Below the pieces are notes generated by a model. The model was not told where the DNA came from, did no database searches, and saw only the letters and a program-made list of their open reading frames with translations. The position numbers were made by a program, and so were the translations under genes. DNA of 64,000 nt from Octopus sinensis. Lineage: Eukaryota. Shown here one piece after another: positions 1-12,845 of the stretch. The first letter of the stretch is position 1; every line of letters starts with the position of its first letter. The stretch lies in NCBI RefSeq assembly GCF_006345805.1, contig NC_043000.1, positions 130,076,001 to 130,140,000 of the forward strand, given 5' to 3'.

Positions 1-28
1 ACGTTACACACATATCATAAACTAATAT

Positions 29-32
29 GTAT

Positions 33-87
<55 letters not shown>

Positions 88-112
88 TATATATATATAT
101 ATATATATATAT
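29..112. repeat. (AT)n microsatellite, representative of dozens in the window
   Basis: Direct reading; produces the IYIYIY pseudo-ORFs. Confidence 0.98.
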
Positions 113-296
113 TCATATAGACGTGTCTGTGAGTGTGCGTATGCGCGCGCGCGCGTGATGATGAATGATTGGTGATACGTTTGGGAATTATAGATGGAAT
201 ATAGAAACAATGTGAAAGCGAAAGTAGAATATAAGTATGTGATAGGAAAGAACAGTATGTCAATAGTTGTTTCAGCGTTATAATTTCTGTCTCTAT

Positions 297-300
<4 letters not shown>

Positions 301-346
<46 letters not shown>
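301..346. repeat. (AC)n microsatellite
   Basis: Direct reading. Confidence 0.98.
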
Positions 347-352
<6 letters not shown>

Positions 353-1121
353 TTAAATACTGGTTACGCAAACATGTTTGCAGCAGAGACCGATTGTTAT
401 TGTAGATCAAAGCTTTTCATTTAAATCTACCAGGTTTCGTAGCACTCGTTTCCAATAAAAAGAAAAAAACAATAATTAAATTATCTGTACATTTTAGCAT
501 ATTTACATAATGGAGTCTGATACCATAGAGAAAAATACTTTATTACAAATGTGTGTACGTGTGTGAGTGTGTGTGTGTCTTGAAGGTTAGTGGGAAGATC
601 AATGGCAACATAAAAGCATGATTTTCTAAGTGAGAGATAAATTTACTGGGCAAAAAAAATGATTAAATGTTTGCTTAGTTATGCATCAACAACTGACTTC
701 ATAATGATAACTTCTGATACAATTTTCTGAGAGACCAATCAGTGCTTATGTGCATTTACAGTGGTTGAAATGGCAAAGGAGTGTCCATGAAATTCGGAAC
801 GGAACAAATATACAAATTTAAAAAGGGCTTTTTCCGAAATTGTCGGTTTTCATGTCGATATAATCGTGAATAAAGTTACATACATCAATGCATACACGTA
901 TTATACATACGTTCATGCATATAAATATGTACGGTAACATATTCATGTGTATCGACCTTCAGCTTCTAATAATGTACATAAATTTACTTAGTGCCTTTTC
1001 TTCGTTTGTAAATTCAAACGACACAAACACACACACACACACGCATACATGTAGTTATTATTTTATATTGAATTATATTCATCTGTGTGTAGTTACAAGT
1101 TTCTCTTTCTCTCTCTCTGTA

Positions 1122-1187
<66 letters not shown>

Positions 1188-1188
<1 letters not shown>

Positions 1189-1582
1189 TCTTTTACTTGT
1201 TTCAGTATTTGACTACGGCCATGCTGGAGCACCACCTTTAGTCGAGCTAATCGACCCCGGGACTTATCCTTTGTAAGCCTAGTACTTATTCTATCAGGCT
1301 TTTTTACCGAACTGCTAGGTTACGGGGACGTAAACACACCACCATCAGTATCAACCGATGTCGGGGGGGAGCAACACAGACACACAAATACACACACAAA
1401 CACACATATATATATATACATATATACGACGGGCTTCTTTCAGTTTCCGTCTACCAAATTCACTCACAAGGATTTGGTCGGCTCTTGGCTATAGTAGAAG
1501 CCACTTGCACTAGGTGCCACGCAGTGGGACTGAACCCGAAACCATGTGGCTGGTAAGCAATCTACTTACTACATAGCCGCTC
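1188..1582 (-). mobile_element. tRNA-derived SINE, family B, near full length with internal (AC/AT)n
   Basis: Homologous to copies at 17667, 32318, 35943, 40081 and 53931. Minus-strand head has A/B-box-like motifs followed by a GGCACCT(T/A)G(G/T)GCAAGTG CORE/Meta-like segment. Confidence 0.9.
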
Positions 1583-2160
1583 ATTTTTGGAATTTACGCG
1601 CGTACCAGGTCACACACACACACATGTATATATACATGTGTATACATACACGCGCGCATGCAGGCACGCATATATGTATATGTGTGTATGTATATATATG
1701 TGGGTGTGTGTGTGTATGAAAGTGGTGTCCTACAATCCCTCAGCCGTAATGTTAAGAGCATACGAGACAGAAGAACAACGAACATAAATATGCCGAAACT
1801 GGCTATACAAACCTGTAGTTACATGATCGTTATCATGATAAGTATAGTTAACATTAAATCAAAGGCCATCTAGTGACAATTACGCGCCGATTAAAAAGCC
1901 AATATTAGTCAATGACTACTAAAATCTTCGTTTCTTTTCCTCAGCACGAATACGCGACATTTATCGGCCATAATCAGATCTGAGAAGTATTGACTTTAGT
2001 GTAGTCTCAAATACATTAATGAACGATTCATTATGTAAACTTACAGCATGATTTGTTTGATGGCGGAGAAAATCAGAAGTGCTTAGAGAATAAATGCCTC
2101 AGTTAGCGTCCATAAATTACGTAATTCTGCATTCAAAAACATTCAGGTGTATCTATAATT

Positions 2161-2184
2161 CACTCAGATCTGTTGATCTGAGTG
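2161..2184. other. Perfect 10-bp hairpin (CACTCAGATC-tgtt-GATCTGAGTG)
   Basis: Arms are exact reverse complements with a 4-nt loop. Confidence 0.9.
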
Positions 2185-2266
2185 TAATAATTTACACCTG
2201 AAACATATTTTCTGATATTTATATTGTAAACTTCGTACTCGAGTATATACATATATGTATATATGG

Positions 2267-2267
2267 C

Positions 2268-2352
<85 letters not shown>
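2267..2352. repeat. (GA)n microsatellite
   Basis: Direct reading. Confidence 0.98.
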
Positions 2353-2354
<2 letters not shown>

Positions 2355-2386
2355 AACACATGTAAACTTGTACAATGAAATATCTG

Positions 2387-2430
2387 ACAGCGGCTTTGAA
2401 GTTTCGGTGTGGTCACCCTCATCAGACTGT
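2387..2430 (-). ncRNA. Type-I hammerhead ribozyme-like motif, probably inactivated (U16.1>C)
   Basis: Minus strand reads ACAGT-CTGATGA-G-GGTG(acca)CACC-GAAA-CT(tcaa)AG-CC-GCTGT. Stems I, II and III and both core boxes are in the correct order; the cleavage triplet lacks U. Confidence 0.7.
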
Positions 2431-2622
2431 ATAACGAAGACGAGCAAACGAGCAAGCCAAAACGACGAAGACAGTTTCTCTTATAAATATTAATAGATAT
2501 GGATTCTACTAAAAAGTATCGAACAATCTTTTAGTTTATTGTTAAATAGTTTTTATGTACAATTTGGCATAAAACAACTTTATATATATGTATATATATA
2601 TGTGTGGTGTGTGTGTGTGTTT

Positions 2623-2667
<45 letters not shown>

Positions 2668-3101
2668 ATAAATACGCATCTAGGGAGAGAGAAAGAGAGA
2701 AATGGAGAGAGAAAATTCAAAGAACTGTATTAAAAGTAGCACATCCCGTTCGATATGTCTAGTTTAAGGCAAGCAATGATAAAGTGCTCCATTAATATTT
2801 AAATATAATTCAACATATTTTCAGCCATGACATTAGCCTGCCTGATTGATATAGACAAAGTGAAACAGATCAGAATATTTCACGAAGGCAAATATATGGA
2901 AAAAATATTTCACCGTCTACACAGACAAACATCCGTTATGTACACGAGGGCGTGCGAGTATATATACATGTGTGTATGTGTGTTTAGGTGGGTATTGGTT
3001 AATGTTCACTCTTTTGTACCGTTATATATAACAAAGCCAAATGTTAACTAAAGGATCACTACTTACATTTACGCTGTATATTATATATATATTTATATAT
3101 T

Positions 3102-3513
3102 AAGGCGGCGAGCTGGCAGAATCGTTAGCACGCCGGGCGAAATGCGTAGTCGTATTTCGTCTGTCGTTACGTTGTGAGTTCAAATTCCGCCGAGGTCGAC
3201 TTTGCCTTTCATCCTTTCGGGGTCGATAAATTAAGTACCATTTACGCACTGGGGTCGATGTAATCGACTTAATACCTATGTCTGTCCTCGTTTGTCCCCT
3301 CTGTGTTTAGCCCCTTGTGGGTAATAAAGAAATAGGTATTTCTTCTAGCGTTACGTTCTGAGTTCAAACTTCGCCAATGTCGACTTCGCCTTTCATGCTT
3401 TCGGGGTCGATTAGGTATCAGTTGCGCACTAGAGTCGATGTAATCGACTGAAACCCTCTGTCTGTCCTTGTTTGTCCCCTCTATGTTTAGCCCCCTATGG
3501 GCAATAAAGAAAT
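3102..3513 (+). mobile_element. tRNA-derived SINE, family A, dimeric copy (full unit plus second unit restarting at 3335)
   Basis: A-box-like AGCTGGCAGAATCG and B-box GAGTTCAAATTCC; body repeated in tandem; homologous to many copies in the window. Confidence 0.92.
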
Positions 3514-3737
3514 ATATATATATTTATATATTTACATAGAAAAGGTGGAGAAATGATTTGCAGTTTCCCAGTGGTTATCTTCGTAAGACTCATTTTCATG
3601 TGGAGTTGAGGCATCTAATATAGTTTTGTATTCTCTTGTTTAAGTGGCTTTGTGTATTTTGCTGCATACAACAAAATAATAGTAGGGATTAACCGATTTA
3701 CTCAGCTGACATAAAGAGTTAATATATATCAAATTAT

Positions 3738-3940
3738 AAGGTGGAATCGTTAGCACGCTGAAAAGAGTGCTCTTCGGCGTTTCGTCCATCTTTACGTTCT
3801 GAATTCAAATTCCATCGGGGCTGACTTTACATTTCATCTTTTCGGGGCCGATAATATAAGAACCAGTTGAGCACTGGGATTGCTGTAATCGAATTACCCT
3901 CCCCCAAGAAACTGCTGGTCATGCGCCAACATTTGAAACT
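3738..3940 (+). mobile_element. Diverged SINE, family A (tail type 2)
   Basis: Recognisable ATCGTTAGCACG...GAATTCAAATTCC...CTTTTCGGGGCCGATAA...CCCTCCCCCAA. Confidence 0.85.
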
Positions 3941-4055
3941 GAATATCTATCATATATATTTATCATAATGTGATAGATATTGGTTTCAAATGGTTTCAAT
4001 GTAACATATATATAATATAATATATTTATATATATATGTGTGTGTGTGTGTTTGT

Positions 4056-4100
4056 GGAGGCGGAATGGCTCAGTGGTTAGGGCGATCACGGTGATATATA
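4056..4100 (+). mobile_element. Head-tail fusion remnant of SINE family E
   Basis: GGAGGCGGAATGGCTCAGTGGTTAGGGC (family E 5' end) joined almost directly to TCACGGTGATATATA (family E1 3' end). Confidence 0.7.
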
Positions 4101-5363
4101 TATGTTATATTGGAAGTAATTTTTTTTAGTTAATGCTTGTCAGTTTTTGCCTTGCTCATTTTCGGATAAATATTTTAGTAAGCTTTATTAAGTAATACAC
4201 GTCGTTGACGTCATTTTCTTTCACTGGACTTATACTAAGTAGTAGTGTTAGCATATGGCGAACCGCTAGCACATCTCTTTCTCCACATAAGTTTGTTTCA
4301 AGTCTAAAATCTGCTTGTGATTGTTAATGTTAGAAAACCAATACCATTGCTATTAACACCGTTCTTCTGTTTAGCAAAACGTATGTGGATGTGTGTGAGA
4401 TGAAAGTTGTTGTCGTTGTTGCAACTAAACATGTCGATAGTATATTTCATATTAGTGCCTTTGTCTATAGAAATATCATAGATTTTCTTCCAGAATATGT
4501 CTTGTAAAATTGTCTTGTACAATTATATTTGTGTAGTTGACTTTCTTTTCTTTTTGCTGTTTTTCATATTTAACGCACCTTTATGATGTAGCCATTTTGT
4601 GTATATGCAAACATGACGAAAAATAAACTAACTTCAGAAATACTTTACTTTCATCAAACAAGGGAAAATGCAAAAATAGATTTTTAACCACATTCTGCCC
4701 CAGGTACGAGACAGAAATAAGAATCTAATTGTTAGAACAAGACAAAAAATTATAGGCCTAAAAAAGAAGTTCTATATGAATACGTCTATCTAAGACAAGA
4801 GACAAGGCTAAAAATAATGTTAACAATAAACACTAAAATATACACCAAAATAAAGCAAACTCGCGAAGAAGCGAAACAGATGTAGCGTAGAAACATATTT
4901 GTGCACCCCACCTCAATCACGCGATGTATGTGTGCACCTGTCGGTGCAGTAGAAATTCTCATAAATAACGATAATGTCATAATGATATTATTTTGGTTAT
5001 TGTTTTGTTATCATTATTATCATTAACAATAATAATAATAACAACAGCATTTGACATAGTAGAACACGAAACTATATTTGAAGAAAAGGAGATACTGAAC
5101 ACATCAAATGTCAGTAACTAATTTCATATAACATAACTCTTATAAATGATTTATCATCTTCTTTAACATTACGTTTCATATTGGTGTGGAGCAGGATTGT
5201 TGTCAGTTGAAGTATGTAAGAAAATTCTCACAAGGACTCGGATGATTTACTCAGAAAACATACTCGTATGACTTTAAATGTGCATCAGCTTTGCAAGCTT
5301 TTGTTATAAATATCCGTTTCTGTCTGGGAGTATTGAATGTTATCTTATTGTAAATGAATGTTA

Positions 5364-5414
<51 letters not shown>

Positions 5415-5415
<1 letters not shown>

Positions 5416-5670
5416 TTTTATTCTTTTAGTTGTTTCAGTCATTTGACTGCGGCTATGATGGAGCACTAACTTTAGTCGAATAATCGACCTCAAGACTTAT
5501 TCTTTGTAAGCATATTACATATTCTATCGGTTATTTTGCCGAACCGCTGGTTACAGAGCAAACCAACACGCATTGAATGAAAACAAACACAATAACGCAT
5601 ACACAATCACACATACGCGCATATTTATAAGGTAGGATTTCAAACAGTTTCCGGCAACCAAATCCCTCTC
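5415..5670 (-). mobile_element. Partial SINE, family B
   Basis: CTTTTAGTTGTTTCAGTCATTTGACTGCGGCTATGATGGAGCAC... matches the family B 3' part. Confidence 0.85.
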
Positions 5671-5729
5671 AATAGTTTATTTGAGTGGTAGTTTCTTGGT
5701 TTAACATCACCTTATAGAGCTTCTATGTG

Positions 5730-6030
5730 TAACACCACCTTCGGCAGCGTCGACGCCTTTACTTGAGTCTACTCTGTTGCAAGATGTAGGACCTGTCCCG
5801 GATTTGTGTGCGTAAGTCTCGTTCCAGACCCAGTAATCCCGTCTTGGATGCTGTTTGTCCTCTTAACTAACAGGTAAGAAAATCTACCGGAGAGGCCACA
5901 TTGACAGTTGGCTGATGTAAAATAGTGGATGGCCAATTATCTTATACCCTACCTACTAAGAACTGTCCAGAATCCATTAATCGGAAAGGTGCTTGTCGAG
6001 GTCACCAGCGGTCGACTTGTGGTACAAAGT
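5730..6030. other. GC-richer non-coding island, possibly a retroelement 5'-UTR relic
   Basis: Compositionally distinct, with no convincing ORF; contains paired segments GGCCA/TGGCC and GACAGTT/AACTGTC. Confidence 0.3.
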
Positions 6031-7228
6031 GTTATATATCGGCAGTTGCAATAAATATTTATTAAAATGGTATGCAAGCATATCCAGCAGAAGGGAGCTG
6101 CAAATACAAGAAATAAGTAGAGACGTGATTAATGTAATGTTTTGTGGTATGTAAAAAGAAATGTATTTATCACTGATGCAGCTGCTTGAGAATGTTACCA
6201 CTAGGCTTGCATAAAATTGTTTCTATAAAACATGTCGACGCCTAACATCTATATACATAGTTTTATTCAACAAAATGGAAATAATATTTAAACCTGCTGC
6301 ATTCTTTCAGAGTATACCTAAAATCAGTTACTTGTATACACGTTTTACGAGATTTATAAAATTCTATATGATATAAGAAAAGAAAGTAATAAATAAAAAC
6401 ATCAATAATTACGATATTGATCCTGATGAAGGGGAATATAATAAAGAGGGCGACGGAGATGATTATAATGAAAGGAATCGGAGGAAGAATAGAAGAAAGA
6501 GGAGATGAAGATGATAACAATTATAAATGTAACGTGGATGGTATCAACAATAATGTTAAATTGACAGTCGCAATATGTCTGGCTGTTTGGCTCAGTTGCT
6601 CCTTATTTCACATTTTGATCAATATTTGCCTACGTGCTATATTGATTACATTTCCCCCCTTTTCTTATTCCACTTTCATATCAATTTTCTGAATAATCAG
6701 TCAGCTATCAGGTGAAAATCTCCATTAGAATATGTCAATTCGTACTTAGAATTATTGATGTATATTATAACCAAAAACATTTTCAGAAATGGGAATGATG
6801 CAGCTTTGAGCGAAGCGCGCGATCTTGGTTGCCTAGCTATAAATCTTATATCTTAGAGTAATATCTCACTAGGATCAATTTTTATATTGTTTTCATTAGT
6901 GTCAGTAAAATTATCATCAAAAGTAGACCTTAACTCTTTTCATACAAAAGCTTTCAGTCAAACAAAATTAACATTTCTATAGATACTTTCTATACAACTG
7001 AAAACGTATTTTTTTGGTATTTTGTGGGGTCAATACGAGGAAATGTTCATGTGTGGCATATGTGTAAATGAGATGCACTCTTGGTTATTTTCAGAGTTGT
7101 TTGAAATATTCAAATGATGCCATTATTATTGACGTATGTTGCATTACACAAATTATATTTTTCTTCCTACTTCCAAAACTATCACCTATGAATGAGCTTT
7201 TAACAATATAGCTATTAAAAGAGCAAAA

Positions 7229-7328
7229 CACGTGACTTGTCACTGACAGACAAATAACGTGGCTTTCCTGATGGACAAGTCACGTGATTGACAAGGTGTT
7301 CGATTTGCCAGATACATAGATCACGTGA
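7229..7328. promoter_or_regulatory. Cluster of three CACGTG E-boxes, two within a 13-bp inverted repeat
   Basis: CACGTG at 7229, 7281 and 7322; CACGTGACTTGTC (7229-7241) and GACAAGTCACGTG (7274-7286) are exact reverse complements. Regulatory function is inferred. Confidence 0.4.
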
Positions 7329-7528
7329 AGTGCGTGATAGACCAAATGCATTGCTTGCCTGATCGAATAAACACGTCGGTCTCGGATGAAGCAGTGCTAA
7401 AATGATTTGCAGTCTGTTATCAATGCTCCCTTTTCCCAAATGATTGATATTTTAACTACAAGCAATTTCTCACCATTTCTCTATCTGTCCTTCTTTCACT
7501 CTTTCGTACGCTCTCTCTTGTTTTCCAG

Positions 7529-7585
7529 TGGAAAAAAAAAACATGATCAAAAGCATAATATACTGGAATCCTGCTGTTTTGGAAA
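7529..7585 (+). other. Candidate exon (57 nt)
   Basis: Long polypyrimidine tract ending TTTTCCAG at 7528; GT at 7586. Confidence 0.3.
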
Positions 7586-7693
7586 GTTAGGTGCTATATG
7601 TTTATTATCATGTAGTTTCCAAAGATAATGCAAAGTATGTCAAGAGGGGAACAATGAATTAAACAACTTGCTACTAGTTTACATTTACTTTAG

Positions 7694-7728
7694 GGAAAGC
7701 AATCACAGAACACTAATGTCTGGCTACA
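7694..7728 (+). other. Candidate exon (35 nt) with ATG at 7716
   Basis: Acceptor TTTACTTTAG at 7693 and donor GTAAGC at 7729. Confidence 0.3.
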
Positions 7729-8079
7729 GTAAGCATACAATAATCTGAATACACGACTCGGTTTCAATTCCTTGTTAAGCCATATTCCCTTCAAGTAACC
7801 ACTATTAGAAAAGAAGCATACAGGTTCTTCAAATATTGGTCAAATATTTGAACGAGGCCATAATAGCATATTGAAAATATTAGGCTGCAAATATAGTGAG
7901 AAGAGCAGCGATTATAAAATCGAGTTACTATTTTGTCGAAGATGGAACATCGCAAGCAAATGCAACATTGACGAATTTCAATTGAAAATCAAACTCGGAG
8001 AAACGACTAAAACACAATATTTTAAGAATATTTTCATATTTGGCACAACACAAGTAATTTTAGTGGCAGGGGATAAATG

Positions 8080-8230
8080 GATTGCATTGACCAAAGTACT
8101 TGACAGGTACTTTATTTTATGGACCCCGAAAGGATGAAAAGCAAAGTTGACATGGTTAGTATTTGAACTGAGAAATAAAGAGCCGGAAGAAATAGTTCGA
8201 AGTACTCCTTCTCATGCTGTAGCGATTTTA
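8080..8230 (-). mobile_element. Decayed SINE, family A
   Basis: GACCCCGAAAGGATGAAAAGCAAAGTTGAC...ATTTGAACT is the reverse complement of the family A core. Confidence 0.75.
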
Positions 8231-8728
8231 TCAACTCATCAGTTTCAGCTTGTATTTAATTAATTTCTAAATGAATAGAACAAAACGAAAATCCAAAACA
8301 AAACCCAAGATTTGCACAAATATTATCAGTGCTATTAGCATTTTGTATTATGCATATTAAAGAAGCATGATCCTGGCTTGAATTATCTTTTAATGAGTAT
8401 TTCATGTTCTAATAATAGAATTAACACGAATAATGTTCTGCGCAAGAGTTTTAGCTTCGCTCTTACATCTGACTATATTTGTCCATTTTTCTTTACTTTT
8501 TATCTTCATTACTTTAATTCTCCACCGTTTCTTTTTCTTAAGCTTTTAACTCACTGTCTGCTTTACACTTATTTTCTCTGTACATTTTTCTTTCTAAATA
8601 CTCAGACATACACAGATATATACCAATATATAGACACACGCAGTTATACGTACAAACATATATATTAAAACATATCTATCAGTCTATCTTTAAAGATAAA
8701 TGTGTTTGTGCACATATCTTTATACAAA

Positions 8729-8975
8729 GAGGCGTAACTGAGTGATAAGAAGTTTACTTCCCACCGCGTGGCACCTTGGACAAGTGTCTTTTACTATAAC
8801 CAAAGGCCGACTGAAGCCTTGTCAATAGAGTTGATAGATAGAAACCGAAAGAAGTCCATCGTATATGTGTATGTCTTTGAGTTACTGCTTGTTCTCTGCA
8901 ACCTTTTGACAACTAGGGTTGCTTACGTCACTTAACTTAATGGTTCGGCAAAAAGACAGCGTTATTATAAGTAAC
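8729..8975 (+). mobile_element. Decayed SINE, family B
   Basis: GCGTGGCACCTTGGACAAGTGTCTTTTACTATA...GAAAGAAGTCCATCG. Confidence 0.8.
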
Positions 8976-9276
8976 AGGCTTTTAAATAATATGTGCTGTG
9001 AATAATAATGAATAATAATGAATCTCGTGAAGTCCCCTTTTTATATCCCATATTTTTATAAACTCTACGGTCACAAAAGAAATCCTGAAGTAAGTCCAGA
9101 TGCATACACCTTCATACTGTTGATGACATCTGGTAGCCGAATACTGTGAACAGCATACAACAAAGTGTATTGCTGAATATGAAATTACTTACGCATACAT
9201 ACATACATACATATATACATAATATATATATACTTACATATAAGACCAAAAGGTACGGGCGCTCGCTATATATATA

Positions 9277-9322
<46 letters not shown>

Positions 9323-9368
9323 AAAAAAATACAAACTGGGACAAGAACGCAAAACATTTGGAAGACGA

Positions 9369-9399
<31 letters not shown>

Positions 9400-9402
<3 letters not shown>

Positions 9403-9672
9403 TTTCTCGTCCTTGTTTTCGTATACATTCGATGCTTTTTTCTAAGGAATCTAATACTCTTAGATTAGTTTTTCCTTGGGGCTGGCCAGATTGGAGCAAT
9501 CTCAAGATTAATTAGCCGAAATTGCGAGGATGATCCGGTTCTTGACTGAGGATAAAAGGCTTCGAATGACCCGTCCTTGTTTGTTTGTATCGTCTATCTG
9601 GATGTTTAATTGTCCCTTTTTGTATCATCTAGCTCTCCTGATGTTTTGTGTTCTTGTCTCATTTTGTATTTT
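9400..9672. repeat. Unclassified (TA)n-flanked interspersed repeat, with an inverted partial copy at 9327-9363
   Basis: 9635-9671 is an imperfect reverse complement of 9327-9363. Confidence 0.5.
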
Positions 9673-9681
9673 ATTTTATTT

Positions 9682-9742
<61 letters not shown>

Positions 9743-9875
9743 TTGAATTAATTTATTCAGCCACAAATAAGGAGGGAGACAGAAAAACTTATGAAATTAC
9801 AGGAACTTATTCTGCGTTTATCACATAATCATCATAAGTTTCCTTCGTCAATATCTAAAAATTATTTATTATTTA

Positions 9876-10140
9876 TGCGCCCTTTTCAAGCCTAGCCAGG
9901 CTCATGGGCCCCGTTTCCCGGTTTCCCGTATGTGCCCCCCCCCCCAGCTGGACGGGACGCCAGTCCATCGTAGCGTTACTCAAGAAACAGGAAGAAAGAG
10001 TGAGAGAAAGTTGGGGCGAAAGAGTACAATAGGGGTCGCCACCACCCCCTGCCGGAGTCTCGTGGAGCTTTTAGGTGTTTTCGCTCAATAAACACACACA
10101 ATGCCCGGTTTTGGAATCGAAACCGGGCCATTGCGCCTCC
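9876..10140 (-). mobile_element. tRNA-derived SINE, family E (tail E2), head internally deleted
   Basis: Shares head and body with 11081-11387 and tail with 51341-51651. Confidence 0.88.
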
Positions 10141-10321
10141 ACTAATATGTAAGAATAGAAATCTAGAAGCTGCTGTAGTGGAGAGAGAGAGAGAGATAAT
10201 ATCTCGTCTAAACATTCGTTCAAAGCTCCCGTGTTTAATTGACTGGCTTCCTCCCCCAAAATTTCGCGCCTTGTGCCTAGAGTAGAGAATAGATTTTGTT
10301 TCGATCCTTTTCCGTTTTCAG

Positions 10322-10392
10322 ATAACTGGAGCGAGTTCAACATCACAAAATATAGCCTTTTTCAGCGATGTTTTTCACAGAAGTTGGCAAGC
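10322..10392 (+). other. Candidate coding exon (NWSEFNITKYSLFQRCFSQKLAS)
   Basis: Strong acceptor TTTTCCGTTTTCAG; phase-compatible with 7694-7728; the donor GTATTT is weak. Confidence 0.2.
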
Positions 10393-11080
10393 GTATTTTG
10401 GGGCAATAGACATTTATTTTTGCATTTGTATTTCACGATTCGTTTCTGCTATATCTCATTGTTTACAATGAAACCGAGTAAAAACGACTCATACTCTAGT
10501 AGTTTTACGAAATTAGCGATCACTCATGTACATTGTGATATGGAAATACAACGTTATGCATTTTGTAATAACATATCATCATATGTTGTATGATTACATA
10601 TCAATCATACAGTGTTGTTTGAAGAATTTCCACCTAATTAAACAAAATCCATTTTCGTTCGTGTTAGGATTCGATAAGGTTATTATATGCATAACAGCTG
10701 ACTGTATTGTTGAAATAAATACCCGGAAGAATGATTTGTAAAACGAGAAGAGTTTCTATTAACATTATTTAAGGTAAGAAAATGAATGAAAATGAGACAA
10801 TGGAAGTTAATCAAGTGCAATGGTAACTTTATCCGTTTTCGCTGTGGCATGTCTTTGTGATGTGACATCGCTACACAATCATGGAATAAAGATATCCATC
10901 AGCAGATATTGATGAGATTCTCACCATATATATATTGTCTTCTTGCCAGTAATTTAGTGTTATCGATATTATACGAAGAAGAAAACCATTATTTCTACGG
11001 CTAAAGTTCAAGGAAAACAAATCATAGCAAGAAAGGGATAACACGGAACTAAACCGTCAAGAAGAAAACGAATATATATA

Positions 11081-11504
<424 letters not shown>

Positions 11505-12534
11505 GATAAAGAGAACAACAAATGTTAAGGCATTTAATATATTTATTTTTCTGTTTTCTAAATGATTTTAAATTTGAAGTAGTTGTAATATCGGGTACCC
11601 GGCTAAATATCTGTCCTTCTGTACTTACTTCCTTCTGGTTTCTGATTTCAAATTATTTAAAGGTTGACTATACATTGTATTCATTACAATATAATTACCA
11701 GACATATTCCGAGGTGTAATTAATAGACTATACCACTTCATATATTTGTGGACGCATAAAATTGGAAGCTGTTGCTTCAAACTAAATACCATATTATAAT
11801 AGGCTATGTGCAATCCGAAACAGTAACGTGCCTTCCGTTTCACATTAAACACTCATTCATTACTTTTGCTGTTGCAAAAGTACGTGGAAACGAAATCGGC
11901 CACATTATATGAAAGATGAAAGATAAGAGTTAAAATCGAACTGAATGAGGTTTGAACACCAGTAATATAACGGGAGTAATGCTTTAATTTAACTCAATGA
12001 TAAGTGTAAAGATTACGAAGATCAAAGTAGGTTTGTGGTCAAATTCGTACAGAGCGTCGTGCGTACTTAAATAACTGTTTAATTTCTCATTCATAAATTT
12101 ACTTCACAAGCACTGATGTTCAGTGTTATTCAGACAGTATCTGCATGAAATCATTACATGGATTTGAATACGTAGACATCTGCACTCATATACGTAAACA
12201 CACAAATACGCTCACCTGTATATATATATATATATATATAAAGACATATCAATGAATAGATTTAATTATAAATCGCATGAAAACTAAAAATAGCTCTCTT
12301 CACCAGGCCCGAGCTAATTTCAATTGAACATCGTGTCGCCTCTAACGCTGTTCAAACAGTAATTAAGACACCAAGTTTTTTATATCAAGTTTTATAACGA
12401 GCCGACAAAAAGCTTGTATATGGTCACTGGACTTGCCAGAGATAGCTGTCAATTTTCCTTCAACTCACGACTTACCAACTAAAAATAAAGGAAATTGGAT
12501 AAGGTAGCACTGATTGAATAGTTCTGGGACTGGC

Positions 12535-12535
<1 letters not shown>

Positions 12536-12577
<42 letters not shown>
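12536..12577. repeat. (TAA)14 microsatellite
   Basis: Direct reading. Confidence 0.95.
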
Positions 12578-12578
<1 letters not shown>

Positions 12579-12579
12579 C

Positions 12580-12786
12580 TTTTCTACTGGAGGCACAGGG
12601 TCTCAAATTTGTAGGGAGGGGACAAGTTCATCAAATCGACCCAGTGCTTCAATTGTACTTATTTCATCGACCCGAAAGGATTAAAATATAAGCCAACCTC
12701 TGCGGAATTTCAACTCAGAATTGCGATGGGCGAAATACCGCTAAGAATTTCGTCCAGCGGGCTCACGATTCTGCCAGCTCGCCGCC

Positions 12787-12788
<2 letters not shown>
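12580..12788 (-). mobile_element. SINE family A (tail type 2) embedded between two (TAA)n arrays
   Basis: Ends with GATTCTGCCAGCTCGCCGCCTT, the reverse complement of the family A head. Confidence 0.9.

Positions 12789-12838
<50 letters not shown>
12788..12838. repeat. (TAA)17 microsatellite
   Basis: Direct reading. Confidence 0.95.
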
Positions 12839-12845
12839 GTTATAA

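Noticed and set aside
6263-6692. Acidic and hydrophobic ORFs
   Set aside because: These come from degenerate GAA/GAT-rich low-complexity sequence; no splice or family support.
10668-10773. Segment bounded by GTGTTAG and AAG|GTAAGA
   Set aside because: It has stop codons in all three frames, so it could only be a non-coding exon; no further support.
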